This document shows positions 30,969 through 41,321 of a DNA stretch of 64,000 bases, piece by piece (position 1 is the stretch's first letter; every line of letters begins with the position of its first letter). The stretch lies in assembly GCA_965222615.1 (NCBI GenBank), contig CBDCUI010000007.1:128001-192000 (forward strand), in the 5' to 3' direction. Source of the stretch: Gammaproteobacteria bacterium. Lineage in GTDB: Bacteria > Pseudomonadota > Gammaproteobacteria > UBA4575. The notes under the pieces are model-generated. The model was not told where the DNA came from. It searched no databases and saw nothing but the letters and a program-made list of their open reading frames with translations. The position numbers and the translations under genes are program-made.

Positions 30969-32201
30969 TTGATGCTCAATTACATTTGGTTTGGATTTTT
31001 TATTGCAGCTTTTCTTAGCTGCGTATTGCAATTTTTATTGTATGACAATAATGCAATTTTTACTCAAGTTATACAGGCTACATTTGACATGGCAGCATTG
31101 AGTGTTGAAATTGCTTTAGGTTTAGCAGGCGTGCTTTGTTTATGGCTTGGATTTTTCAGCATTGCTGAACGCGCCGGATTTGTCGAGTTATTAACCAAGC
31201 TGTTTCGACCTTTATTTAAGCATCTTATGCCAGATGTACCCAGCTCTCATCCAGCAATTGGCTCTGTCACGATGAATATGGCTGCCAATATGCTTGGCCT
31301 TGATAATGCGGCTACACCACTTGGACTTAAAGCCATGCAAGATTTGCAAAGCTTAAACTCGCAAAAAGATACAGCAAGCAACGCACAAATTTTATTTCTA
31401 GTATTAAATACCTCTTCTGTTACGCTGTTACCAGTAACAATCTTTCTTTTTCGTGCACAACAGGGTTCAACGGACCCAACTGCCGTATTTATACCCATCT
31501 TACTCGCAACAAGTGTTTCTACACTTGCTGGGCTGCTGCTTGTTGCATCCATACAAGGCCTTAAATTATTCAACAAAACTGTATTGTTATATGCAATAGG
31601 GTTTACAGCACTTATTGCACTTTTACTTAGCATCTTATTAGTGGGAGATTCCACTTCCTTAGCGGAACGATCTAGTCTATTAGGTAATTTACTTCTATTA
31701 ATGGTGATAATAGTATTTTTAACCCTGGGATTTGTACGCAAAGTTAATGTCTATGACGCTTTTATTGATGGCGCCAAACAGGGTTTTGAGGTAGCCGTCA
31801 AAATTATTCCCTATTTAGTTGCAATGTTAGTTGCAATTGGAGTATTACGCGCCAGCCTAGTTCTAGATGCTGTACTTGGCATTATTGAAAAAACATTCGC
31901 TGCAATTGGACTCAATACCGACTTTGTAGCAGCCTTACCCACTGCGCTGATGCGACCATTCTCAGGTAGTGGCGCACGTGCAATGCTATTAGAAACCATG
32001 AATACCCATGGCGCCGATTCCTTTGCAGCCAATGTTGCCGCTATTGTACAGGGCAGTACCGAGACGACTTTTTATGTACTGGCTATTTATTTTGGTAGTG
32101 TAGGAATCCAACGTGTACGACATGCCATTGGCTGTGGGTTGTTTGCTGACTTTGCGGGAGTGACGGCAGCGATACTACTTGGGTATTGGTTTTTCTCTTA
32201 A
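30969..32201 (+). CDS. SpmA/SpmB fused nucleoside-recognition membrane protein
   Basis: ANMLGLDNAATPLGLKAM, RPFSGSG, GSTETTFYV. Confidence 0.92.
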   Translation: MMLNYIWFGFFIAAFLSCVLQFLLYDNNAIFTQVIQATFDMAALSVEIALGLAGVLCLWLGFFSIAERAGFVELLTKLFRPLFKHLMPDVPSSHPAIGSVTMNMAANMLGLDNAATPLGLKAMQDLQSLNSQKDTASNAQILFLVLNTSSVTLLPVTIFLFRAQQGSTDPTAVFIPILLATSVSTLAGLLLVASIQGLKLFNKTVLLYAIGFTALIALLLSILLVGDSTSLAERSSLLGNLLLLMVIIVFLTLGFVRKVNVYDAFIDGAKQGFEVAVKIIPYLVAMLVAIGVLRASLVLDAVLGIIEKTFAAIGLNTDFVAALPTALMRPFSGSGARAMLLETMNTHGADSFAANVAAIVQGSTETTFYVLAIYFGSVGIQRVRHAIGCGLFADFAGVTAAILLGYWFFS

Positions 32202-32400
32202 GAGGGCTCTGATTTATTCTGAGACTTTGTTAAAAAATGTCTCGAAATGCTCATGTATTCGCATATATACTCCGCTTTGACTCGCACCTTCCTGGTGCTC
32301 GGCCTACGGCTAGCAGAGCTTCCCAAATCTGCTCCCGGCAGATTTATCTCGAGATTTTTTGCCTCGTCTCAGGCGCTTTCGCTAATAAATCAGAACCCCC
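32202..32400. mobile_element. Family 1 element copy E carrying a 69-bp nested insertion (32279-32347)
   Basis: TIRs with TTAA/TTAG flanks; collinear with copy F (inverted) apart from the insert. Confidence 0.85.
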
Positions 32401-32593
32401 TTAGTACACTCCAGTGTGAGTCAACTAAAAACTTAATTGATAGTAAAAGATAGGTTCTAATAACTTATCTTTTATCGTCAATTAACTTTATAATTTGGAT
32501 TACACCGAGCTATTATTAAAGAAAGTTGTGATTTAATAATTAACTCTATTACTTACATTTACAATAAAACTACTTAATAGGATCTTTACTCAA

Positions 32594-33031
32594 ATGCAAC
32601 AATTCCCTCATCACTATCACGCCAAAGCCCATGGACAACCTACCGGCATAGTAGCAACCCATTCAGGAGAATTAATACAACTAGATGTAGCCGCTCCCAA
32701 GGAATTTGATGGCCCTGGTGATAAATGGTCACCTGAAGAACTTCTCGTCGCATGTGTTGCAAACTGTTTTATATTGACATTTCGTGCTATTGCGAACGCA
32801 TCAAAATTACAGTGGTCCGAGTTAACTTGTGAAGCAAAAGGAATATTAGATAGGGTTGATCGAAAAGCTCAATTTACTGAAATGTTTATCAATGTCTCAC
32901 TCGTAACCAATTCTCAGGAAGATGAAGAAAAAGTAGTGCGACTACTAGAAAAGGCTGAGAGTAATTGTCTGATTACCAATTCACTTACTGCAAAGACACA
33001 TTTAGAAACAAATGTATCTGTCGTTTCTTGA
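32594..33031 (+). CDS. OsmC family protein
   Basis: PKEFDGPGDKWSPEELL...NCF...CLITNSL. Confidence 0.88.
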   Translation: MQQFPHHYHAKAHGQPTGIVATHSGELIQLDVAAPKEFDGPGDKWSPEELLVACVANCFILTFRAIANASKLQWSELTCEAKGILDRVDRKAQFTEMFINVSLVTNSQEDEEKVVRLLEKAESNCLITNSLTAKTHLETNVSVVS

Positions 33032-33065
33032 AAAATCTGTTGTTAGCTACACAACAATCACCTAA

Positions 33066-33195
33066 GGAAGCTCTAATTTATTAGCGATAGCACCTGAGAC
33101 GAGGCAAAAAATGTCGAGAAAGCGGAGTGTATAAGTGAATACATGAGTATTTCGAGACATTTTTTAACAAAGTCTCAGAATAAATCAGAGCTTCC
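33066..33195. mobile_element. Family 1 element copy F (130 bp)
   Basis: TIRs GGAAGCTCTAATTTATT / AATAAATCAGAGCTTCC; abuts TAA stop of the neighbouring gene. Confidence 0.88.
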
Positions 33196-33759
33196 TTATT
33201 TTAGTAATTTAGTAATCAGCTTTTCAATCTTCTTAGCATTACGATCGCCTTCATGCGTCTCACCGATAAATGCGCCTCGAATCTTACCTTCCTTATCGAC
33301 AATATAATAAGCAGGCCAATAGCGATTGCGTAAAGCACGCCAATAAGCGAAATCGTTATCCATCATCACTGGATGATGTAACATAAATTCTTCAACTTTT
33401 TTCACAACATTATCGCGCTTTTTTTCACGATCGAATTCTGGAGTATGAATACCGATGACCTGAAAATCCTGATCAGCAAATTTTTCTTCTAATTTGCGTA
33501 ACCAAGGAAAAGATCGATAACAATTCCAACAACCAAACGTCCAAACATCGATAAGTATAACCTTACCGCGTAAATCAGCTGCTGTTAGGGGTTGAGAATT
33601 AATCCATGCCGCAGAATCAACTTGAGTGAATTCAGGCATTTGATCAGGTGGATTTAATTTTTTTGCAAAAACTGTCGCACTAACGAGCATTAAAATAGCA
33701 AAAGCGATACCAACGTAAGCGAGTCGATCACGAATGTTATGTTGCATTAATCTATTCAC
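33196..33759 (-). CDS. Thioredoxin-like redoxin (DipZ C-terminal type)
   Basis: WINSQPL, WTFGCWNC, IGIHTPEF, NRYWPAYY. Confidence 0.88.
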   Translation of the reverse strand: MNRLMQHNIRDRLAYVGIAFAILMLVSATVFAKKLNPPDQMPEFTQVDSAAWINSQPLTAADLRGKVILIDVWTFGCWNCYRSFPWLRKLEEKFADQDFQVIGIHTPEFDREKKRDNVVKKVEEFMLHHPVMMDNDFAYWRALRNRYWPAYYIVDKEGKIRGAFIGETHEGDRNAKKIEKLITKLLK

Positions 33760-34747
33760 TATTTACCTCCACAAGCACTCTACCCTGAAGTTCATTGTTT
33801 AACAGCTTGTTAAATACATCGGGTAAATCAGCTAATTTTGATGTCTGCGTATGAATTCTTGCAATATGATCCGGATGTAGATCATTTGCTAAACGCTGCC
33901 ATATCTCTTTACGTAAATCCTGTGGACAATTAGACGAACTTACACCTAACAAGTTCACACCCCGTATTATAAAAGGCATGGTTGACAGCTCAAATTGAAT
34001 ACCACCCGCAATACCTACACTTACAACATTCCCCCAAGCTTTTGTGGCACGTACGAGTTTACTTAATGTTGAACCTCCAACATTATCAATTGCACCAGCC
34101 CAACGAGTTTTTTCCAAAGGCCCATCGCCAACATCAATTTTTTCACGCCCCACTACTTTATGCGCACCAAGCTGAACCAAATACTCTTTTGCCTCTTTTG
34201 TACCCGTAACTGCTATCACCTCGAATCCAAGCTTATGCAATAAATCCACTGCAAAACTTCCCACTCCACCGCTTGCACCGGTTACAACAATCGGACCATC
34301 CTCTGGTTGTTGCTCATTTTGTTGCATAAGGTGTATACACAAAGCAGCGGTAAACCCCGCAGTACCAATAATCATACTTTGACTAAGTGTTAGCCCCATG
34401 GGCAGCGGCACTACCCATTCTGCGGGTACACGAGCAAACTCAGCATACCCTCCATCATGCACTTCACTGAGACCACTACCATTTACAATAACTTGATCAT
34501 CAGGTTGAAACGCAGAATCTGAAGATTCAACAACCTCTCCGGCAAGATCAATCCCTCCTACCAATGGAGAACGTCTTAAAATTTTAGCCTTACCGGTTCC
34601 CGCAAGTGCATCTTTGTAATTAACACTAGAATAGCGCACACGAATCACGACATCACCGTCAGACAAATCATCTAAACTAAGTTGCTCTATTCCAGCTTTT
34701 GTGCCTTCTTCGTTTGAATGAATGTGAAATGCCGAAAATTTTTTCAT
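33752..34747 (-). CDS. YhdH/AcuI family NADPH oxidoreductase
   Basis: YSSVNYKDALA, GTAGFTAAL, VTGASGGVGS, MPFIIRGV. Confidence 0.88.
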   Translation of the reverse strand: MKKFSAFHIHSNEEGTKAGIEQLSLDDLSDGDVVIRVRYSSVNYKDALAGTGKAKILRRSPLVGGIDLAGEVVESSDSAFQPDDQVIVNGSGLSEVHDGGYAEFARVPAEWVVPLPMGLTLSQSMIIGTAGFTAALCIHLMQQNEQQPEDGPIVVTGASGGVGSFAVDLLHKLGFEVIAVTGTKEAKEYLVQLGAHKVVGREKIDVGDGPLEKTRWAGAIDNVGGSTLSKLVRATKAWGNVVSVGIAGGIQFELSTMPFIIRGVNLLGVSSSNCPQDLRKEIWQRLANDLHPDHIARIHTQTSKLADLPDVFNKLLNNELQGRVLVEVNSE

Positions 34748-34764
34748 AGATAAATTTTTATTGT

Positions 34765-35892
34765 TTAATTTTGTAGCATAGAAAACAATTCATGGGCTTT
34801 GTTTAGCGTATCTGATCCCAATGTACCCAATACACTAAAATGACCCATCTTTCTTCCAGGTCGAGCTTCTTTTTTTCCATATAAATGTAGTTTTATATGA
34901 TTACCCAACATGATTTTTGACCAATCAGGTTGCTCCGGTTTCCATAAATCACCCAAAAGATTCACCATCGTCACAGCACTATGGCATGTCGAATTTCCTA
35001 AAGGCAATCCACAAATAGCTCGAACTTGCTGCTCAAACTGCGAGGTATAACATGCGTCGATTGTATAATGACCGCTATTATGAGTCCGCGGCGCCATTTC
35101 ATTGAAAAATAAATTACCTTTGGAATCGATAAAAAACTCAACTGCAAGCACACCCACGTAATCTAATGCCTCAGCTATCTTTTGTGTATAAGACCTTGCC
35201 AAGTTTTGTAATTCTTCATTCACTGTAGCAGGAACTGTGCTAGTAAATAAAATCCCATCTTTATGAATATTTTCTGCAACTGGGAAAAAGCTAATCTCAT
35301 TATGCACCGAACGAGCAAGCACGACTGAAACTTCACCAGTAAGATCAATCTTTTTTTCTAGCACACATTCTACATTTGCTAAATCATTCCATCTTTGTAT
35401 ACATTCTTGCACAGAATTTACAAATGCCTGACCTTTGCCGTCATAGCCTAGGCGAGTGGTTTTTAATATTAGAGGGGCATCGAGCGCTTTAAATGCTTTC
35501 TGAATATCTTCTTCATTATTTACTGAGTGAAATGGGGTTGGTGGGACATCCACACTCTGAGCAAATTGTTTTTCTTTTATGCGATCCTGCGCAAGTTCTA
35601 ATGCACGCGCACTGGGCGATATTTGACATGTCTTTTCTAGATACTCAAACACTTCTGCTGGTACATTTTCAAATTCGGTGGTAATAACCGCACATTCTTG
35701 TGCTAAGGCTTTAAGAGAATGCGCATCATCGTAATTTGCTTGCAAATGTAAGTGAGAAATTTCACCTGCAGGACTGGAAGAATTAGGGTCGAGCACAATC
35801 ACTCGATAACCCATCGAGGTTGCTGCATGCACAAACATGCGGCCCAATTGGCCGCCTCCTAACATACCGAGTGTTGCGCCAGGTAAAATCAT
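34765..35892 (-). CDS. purK: N5-CAIR synthase
   Basis: GGGQLGRM, TTEFENVP, GYDGKGQ, NEMAPRTHNSGH, RKMGH. Confidence 0.97.
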   Translation of the reverse strand: MILPGATLGMLGGGQLGRMFVHAATSMGYRVIVLDPNSSSPAGEISHLHLQANYDDAHSLKALAQECAVITTEFENVPAEVFEYLEKTCQISPSARALELAQDRIKEKQFAQSVDVPPTPFHSVNNEEDIQKAFKALDAPLILKTTRLGYDGKGQAFVNSVQECIQRWNDLANVECVLEKKIDLTGEVSVVLARSVHNEISFFPVAENIHKDGILFTSTVPATVNEELQNLARSYTQKIAEALDYVGVLAVEFFIDSKGNLFFNEMAPRTHNSGHYTIDACYTSQFEQQVRAICGLPLGNSTCHSAVTMVNLLGDLWKPEQPDWSKIMLGNHIKLHLYGKKEARPGRKMGHFSVLGTLGSDTLNKAHELFSMLQN

Positions 35893-35998
35893 TACAATCC
35901 CATGTGAGCTTGATATTTTTCGTTCTTTGAATGCCTCATTCCATGCAGAATTTTATGTAGGTGAAACTTCTTACTACAAGAAAAACAACATTACATCA

Positions 35999-36076
35999 GT
36001 CATTGCGAACGTAGTGAAGCAATCCAGTATAAATAAAGATGGACTGCCACGCTGTCTAACGACAGCTCGCAGTGAC
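35999..36076. repeat. REP-like palindromic repeat, family 2 (GTCATTGCGA...TCGCAGTGAC)
   Basis: Terminal inverted repeat with internal hairpins; related copy at 48301-48440. Confidence 0.75.
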
Positions 36077-36121
36077 CAATTCTTCGTTCAACATGTTAAA
36101 TACAAAACATTACACATTAAG

Positions 36122-36610
36122 CTAGTCTGGAAGTTGAGTTTTTAAAACCTTTTCCGATTGTGATGCACGGAATTCTTCTAATTTCGTTTTCAATGCAGAA
36201 TCATTATTAGCCAACATGGCAACTGCAAATAAACCTGCATTTGCCGCCCCGGCTTCACCAATTGCAAAAGTAGCAACCGGCACGCCTTTAGGCATTTGCA
36301 CAATTGAATACAATGAATCTTGACCAGAAAGATGCTTACTTGGAACGGGAACACCTAACACAGGTACCGTAGTCATTGCGGCGACCATTCCAGGTAGATG
36401 GGCAGCGCCTCCCGCACCAGCGATAATACATTGAATACTACGTGAGGCTGCGCTTTCCGAAAATTCTGCCATCAATTTTGGTGTACGATGGGCAGAAACT
36501 ACGCGCTTTTCATACAATATGCCGAATTGGTCCAGAATTTCTGCCGCAGCTTGCATTACGGGCCAATCACTATCACTGCCCATGATAATACTCACTTGTG
36601 GATTGGCCAT
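36122..36610 (-). CDS. purE: N5-CAIR mutase
   Basis: [30 protein letters not shown]. Confidence 0.98.
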   Translation of the reverse strand: MANPQVSIIMGSDSDWPVMQAAAEILDQFGILYEKRVVSAHRTPKLMAEFSESAASRSIQCIIAGAGGAAHLPGMVAAMTTVPVLGVPVPSKHLSGQDSLYSIVQMPKGVPVATFAIGEAGAANAGLFAVAMLANNDSALKTKLEEFRASQSEKVLKTQLPD

Positions 36611-36716
36611 GTCGATACCTCTATTATGCTAACCGAAAAAATGAAACGCGCATTTTGGCTGAGACAGCCAAATAAAACCAGTCCACTAAGGATATTTAGC
36701 ATATAAGGATATATAG

Positions 36717-37601
36717 GTGTTATTCGAATCCAACCTAAAATCGCTCAAAAAGGTCTATCAAGGCAAAGTCAGAGACATTTACGAGGTTGATGATCAGCAC
36801 TGGCTGATCGTCACCAGTGACCGGCTTTCTGCCTTCGATGTGATATTGCCAGATCCCATCCCTAAAAAAGGCATCGTACTCACCACAGTATCTAATTTTT
36901 GGTTTAACCGATTCTCTAATAAAGTAAAAAACCATCTTAGTGAAATTAAACTTGAAGACGTCATTAAAGATCAAGATGAATTAGTGCAACTAAAAGATCG
37001 AAGTGCTATAGCGCGCAAAATGAAGGCCCTTCCCTTTGAAGCTATTGTACGTGGGTATATCATTGGTTCAGGTTGGAAGGAATATCGAAATACTGGTGCT
37101 ATCTGTGATGTAAAATTACCTCCTAACCTAAAACAAGCACAACAATTAGATGCACCCATATTCACACCTTCAACAAAAGCAGCCGTAGGTGATCATGACA
37201 TTAACGTCAACTTTGGAAAAATTATCGAGCTAGTTGGGAAAGAAGTTGCTGAAAAAATTCGTGAAATAAGTTTACAAATTTATACTGAAGCTGCTGAATA
37301 TGCTTTAGAACGCGGCATTATCATCGCAGATACAAAATTTGAATTTGGTTTAGACGAAAACGAAGAAATTGTATTAATTGACGAAGCTCTTACACCCGAC
37401 TCCTCCCGTTTTTGGCCACAAGACACATATAAAGTTGGAGAGAGCCCTAAAAGTTTTGACAAACAATATGTGCGTGACTATTTAGAAACTTTAGATTGGA
37501 ATAAAAAAGCGCCCGGACCAAAGCTCCCCCAAGAAATTATTGAAAACACGAGCAAAAAATATTTAGAAGCATGTGAACGATTGACAGGAAAAATACTTTA
37601 A
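36717..37601 (+). CDS. purC: SAICAR synthetase
   Basis: GKVRDIY, SDRLSAFD, FTPSTKA, ADTKFEFG, TPDSSRFW, DKQ. Confidence 0.97.
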   Translation: MLFESNLKSLKKVYQGKVRDIYEVDDQHWLIVTSDRLSAFDVILPDPIPKKGIVLTTVSNFWFNRFSNKVKNHLSEIKLEDVIKDQDELVQLKDRSAIARKMKALPFEAIVRGYIIGSGWKEYRNTGAICDVKLPPNLKQAQQLDAPIFTPSTKAAVGDHDINVNFGKIIELVGKEVAEKIREISLQIYTEAAEYALERGIIIADTKFEFGLDENEEIVLIDEALTPDSSRFWPQDTYKVGESPKSFDKQYVRDYLETLDWNKKAPGPKLPQEIIENTSKKYLEACERLTGKIL

Positions 37602-38202
37602 CTCGTATAGTGTTCAACAAGCAACAATTTCCAAAGCTTGTTTATCGATACAGGGCTTCAAACACAATAGCTTTGATATCGCGTTGAATGATCCTTGTAA
37701 ATTTAAACGGTCTATTTAAAAATGCAAGGATAATTGAGTGTCAAATCACGAAAATTTCACTCGAAATTGCTCTTCATTTTGAATGGGACATATAGATCAC
37801 TTATACACACCGTGACCTTTAACACCTGTAAAACTGAAATAGGCTCAACCCAACACAATGAAAATTTACTATGTGCAACTTAATTCTTCTCTCTACCAAT
37901 AACTGGTATCGTTATAAGGGGCAAATCAGTGTTTGTATGAACATACCTTTGTTTAGAGCCCAATTAAAAAATAAACCATACAACAAAACAGCAGACAAGA
38001 AACCTTTAATTTCTAAAACACTAGTCGGATAAGTCTGTTATCAGTTCATCTAGTCTCCAATCAAAAGACATTTTTTCTTTTACCGTTAATCACGATTTAA
38101 TAACCGTTTATCTTGGGCGACATGTTGGCTCTTTTTAATTCGTGAAAATACACAACTTCACGCTTCGATAATAAGTTACTCACAAGAGAGGGGGCAGTCA
38201 AG

Positions 38203-39225
38203 ATGAGACTCTTATATAGACTCTGTAACAAAGTAGTGGCCTTAATATTTTGTTTGTTGATCAATTCATTTTGCATTGTTCAAGCAGAGCCTGGTTTTGG
38301 TGACAATGTTGATGCATTTTGTGTGGGGAAACCAGGTTTTGAAAACCCACCGGTATTTGGTGGTCTTATACTTGAGAATTGTGCTAAATGTCATAATCCA
38401 GCCAATAAAAATCTAGATCAGACACCTGCATTTGATCTATACAAAAAAGCCAAAGGTGGAGACTACTCTGCCCTATGTGATTATATTTCACCACCAATAC
38501 CAATGTGTACAGATGCTGACCTTGATGGCTTTTATATGGAGCCTAATTGTGGCACCCCTGTAGATTGTAACGATAACGATGCCATGATTAATCCTTTGGC
38601 GGATGAAATTTGCACAGATGGAAAAGACAACAACTGTAATGGTTTAGTCGATAGTGCCGATCTAGCTGTACAAAATTGTCCGATACCTAACGCCTGTACA
38701 GATATGGATAAAGATAGCTTTTCAATAGAAGGTGGTACTTGCGGTCCAATAGATTGTAATGACAATAATGCAATGATCTATCCAGGTGCGGTAGAACTTT
38801 GCGCAGATAAAATTGATAATAACTGTAGTGGTAAAGTTGATCTCGCTGACCCTGCGGTAGATAAAAATACTTGTCCAGTTGAATGTATTGACGAAGACAA
38901 AGATGGATACAGTATTACCGGTGGCGAGTATTGTGGCCCAATAGATTGTAATGATGCAGATGCCTTCGTAAATCCTGGTGTAGCAGAAGTTTGCAGCGAT
39001 AATATCGATAATAACTGTAATGGCACGGTCGATACAGCAGATCAATATTGCCCAGCCATGGATCCTAAGGCTAAATTAAAAGAGTTAAAAGATCAGATTA
39101 AACAGCACAAACGAGATTGTAAAACTAAAGAAAAGCAGCTCAAAAAAGAATACGAAGCGCTAAAAAAACAAATGGAGCAAGCTAAAGAGCGCGAAGACGA
39201 TGAAGATGATGAAGATGAAGACTGA
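38203..39225 (+). CDS. Exported c-type cytochrome with three Cys/Asp-rich putative metal-binding repeats and charged coiled-coil tail
   Basis: Signal peptide; CAKCH; 3x DxDxD..DCND..P...E.C.D..DNNC.G.VD; KE-rich helix; poly-D/E end. Confidence 0.8.
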   Translation: MRLLYRLCNKVVALIFCLLINSFCIVQAEPGFGDNVDAFCVGKPGFENPPVFGGLILENCAKCHNPANKNLDQTPAFDLYKKAKGGDYSALCDYISPPIPMCTDADLDGFYMEPNCGTPVDCNDNDAMINPLADEICTDGKDNNCNGLVDSADLAVQNCPIPNACTDMDKDSFSIEGGTCGPIDCNDNNAMIYPGAVELCADKIDNNCSGKVDLADPAVDKNTCPVECIDEDKDGYSITGGEYCGPIDCNDADAFVNPGVAEVCSDNIDNNCNGTVDTADQYCPAMDPKAKLKELKDQIKQHKRDCKTKEKQLKKEYEALKKQMEQAKEREDDEDDEDED

Positions 39226-39277
39226 AATCATCTTCACTAATACAAATAAATATTGCATGTAAAGATGCAATGTGTGG

Positions 39278-39304
39278 AAAGGGGCTTTTACTAGCCCCTT
39301 TTTT
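39278..39304. terminator. Probably bidirectional terminator
   Basis: AAAGGGGCT-TTTACT-AGCCCCTTTTTT between convergent genes. Confidence 0.8.
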
Positions 39305-39314
39305 ATTTTTGCTG

Positions 39315-40457
39315 CTAAAACTTGATTGTGTATCGTATATAATAATCCCACTCTCTGCGTTTGCGTTCTGCACTAGTTCTTTTATCAATATCTTCTCGAT
39401 TGCGTATGCGAGCTTCTAACTTCTGGTTTTTTGTAACCTGCCAACGATACCTAGTTTCAAATAACTCTTGGTTGTTGCCAAAATCCCCGGACAGTAACCA
39501 AGCTCCACCAGTTTGGGCATATACCATACCAATGCTATGTTTTGGCCAAATATCGATAAGATTAAAACTAGTTTGAAAAGCCAAACCATTGGTATCTTTA
39601 TCTCCACCAGTTCGAATTGCAGACTTTCTTGGCTTATCAAAGGCATAACCAAGTTCATTACCCCATAGAAACTTTGTCCCTTTTTCGCCCAGCGGCCATT
39701 GCATGGCAAGACGCCCACTGATTGCAGTGTAATCTTCAATACTGCCAGTTGCGTTCCCGTCACGTTGTAAAGCATCGGGAATATGCGTGATATCAATGCC
39801 TTTCTGAATGACGGTTTTAGTTTTATCCTTTTTCTCAACACCTAAATAATAGGTGATATGGCTATCGCTATCTTCAAAATCCAAAGGACTTCGTCTAACC
39901 GTGGTAGGACCCTCATCTTTACTTCGCTGCAATATCGCATGCAAATCCCACCCATTTGGAATGGTGTATTTAACATGCACACCATCGGTCCAGGTTATAT
40001 TGGTATTGTCACTATCATTTCTAGAAAATGATTTTTTAGCAACACCTTCTAATTCAAACTTGGTTTGAAACCGCCCTACTTTTATATCTAGCTTCTCATC
40101 GGGGTTATAACGAAAATAAAACTCATCTATAGTGGAATCCCCTAACCTGAGACCACCACCACTTGGAATCGATTCAAAAATTTCAAAATGATAAGTATTA
40201 AAGCGGTCGTCAGAACTATAACGACCTGCAAAACGAATTTTGCCACTGAATGAATCTGTAAAATTTAACTGCGTACCCACTCGCGCACGAATTCGCAGTT
40301 CGTCTCTACGAGAGTGCTCACCATTTCGATCATCTCTGTCTCTACCAAACGCCCCAAAACGCACATCACCACTAAACTGTACTATATCTTTATCATTCGA
40401 ATACACTTGCGTAGCCAAATTACATGTGAGAAAAAATAGAAGCGCCAATCGCCACAT
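39315..40457 (-). CDS. Putative outer-membrane porin
   Basis: Signal peptide; amphipathic beta strands (FSGDVRF, RIRARVG, KVGRF); C-terminal YTIKF; start set after GGAG. Confidence 0.75.
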   Translation of the reverse strand: MWRLALLFFLTCNLATQVYSNDKDIVQFSGDVRFGAFGRDRDDRNGEHSRRDELRIRARVGTQLNFTDSFSGKIRFAGRYSSDDRFNTYHFEIFESIPSGGGLRLGDSTIDEFYFRYNPDEKLDIKVGRFQTKFELEGVAKKSFSRNDSDNTNITWTDGVHVKYTIPNGWDLHAILQRSKDEGPTTVRRSPLDFEDSDSHITYYLGVEKKDKTKTVIQKGIDITHIPDALQRDGNATGSIEDYTAISGRLAMQWPLGEKGTKFLWGNELGYAFDKPRKSAIRTGGDKDTNGLAFQTSFNLIDIWPKHSIGMVYAQTGGAWLLSGDFGNNQELFETRYRWQVTKNQKLEARIRNREDIDKRTSAERKRREWDYYIRYTIKF

Positions 40458-40512
40458 GTTAGTGACTCCATAAAAAAACATATTAAAGTATCCGCTTACT
40501 GTAAAAGAATAA

Positions 40513-40597
40513 ATGTAGCCAAAATGTAAACAGATAAGTCTATGAATGATAGAATGTTTTAATTTAAGAACACCATGTGTTTACATATTATTTACAT
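40513..40597. promoter_or_regulatory. OmpR-type direct-repeat boxes in the divergent porin/regulator promoter
   Basis: TTTACAT at 40580 and 40591 (+); TTTACAT/GCTACAT at 40530 and 40519 (-); 11-bp period. Confidence 0.6.
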
Positions 40598-40640
40598 TCT
40601 TAGTTGTACAGTAGCTAGATAAAATACATCCTAGAATGCT

Positions 40641-41321
40641 ATGCAAGTCTTAATCATTGAAGATAATGCTGAAATCGCAACAAATATTGGCACCTATTTA
40701 GAAACCAAGGGGCACGCAATTGATTTTGCTTCTGACGGTGTTACCGGCCTACATTTAGCAGTGACCAATACTTATCATGTTATTGTGCTCGATTTAATGC
40801 TACCTGGTATGGATGGTTTAGAAGTCTGTCGCAAACTACGAGAAAGTTCTTCCTTACATGTCCCCGTGTTAATGCTAACCGCAAGAGATACCATTGAAGA
40901 TGTTGTACAAGGCTTTGAAGCCGGCAGTGATGACTATTTGATAAAACCATTTTCACTACAAGAGCTTGAAGTGCGTATTGATGCCCTGCATCGACGTGCA
41001 AGTCGACAATATGATAATCCTATTTTATGTGTTGAAGATGTCGAAATTAACTTAGAAAAACATACTATTATCCGTGCGGGTAAAAATATACAACTCAAAC
41101 CTGCAACCATGAGAATTTTAGTTTACCTCATGCGTAACACTCACCGTGTCGTCACCAGAAAAGAATTAGAGCTTGAGATATGGGGCGACACACCTCCCGA
41201 AGGAGATCCACTACGAGCTCATATCTATAATATACGTAATAGCTTGGATAAGCCCTTTGATCAAAAATTAGTGCATACTGTACATGGTGTAGGCTATAGA
41301 ATAGCGAAACAAAATGGTTAA
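40641..41321 (+). CDS. OmpR family response regulator, ColR-like
   Basis: EDN..I..N...YL..KG, DGVTGLHLA, LRAHIYNIR..LDKPF..LVHTVHGVGYR resemble Pseudomonas ColR. Confidence 0.9.
   Translation: MQVLIIEDNAEIATNIGTYLETKGHAIDFASDGVTGLHLAVTNTYHVIVLDLMLPGMDGLEVCRKLRESSSLHVPVLMLTARDTIEDVVQGFEAGSDDYLIKPFSLQELEVRIDALHRRASRQYDNPILCVEDVEINLEKHTIIRAGKNIQLKPATMRILVYLMRNTHRVVTRKELELEIWGDTPPEGDPLRAHIYNIRNSLDKPFDQKLVHTVHGVGYRIAKQNG

Noticed and set aside
32247-32453. Short ORFs over repeat copies (also 21295-21489 and 59899-60108)
   Set aside because: Read-through of palindromic elements or antisense to real genes; no independent coding evidence
38506-39054. Repeated DNA that might be a CRISPR array or tandem repeat
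   Set aside because: In-frame, diverged protein-domain repeats; no identical repeats with unique spacers
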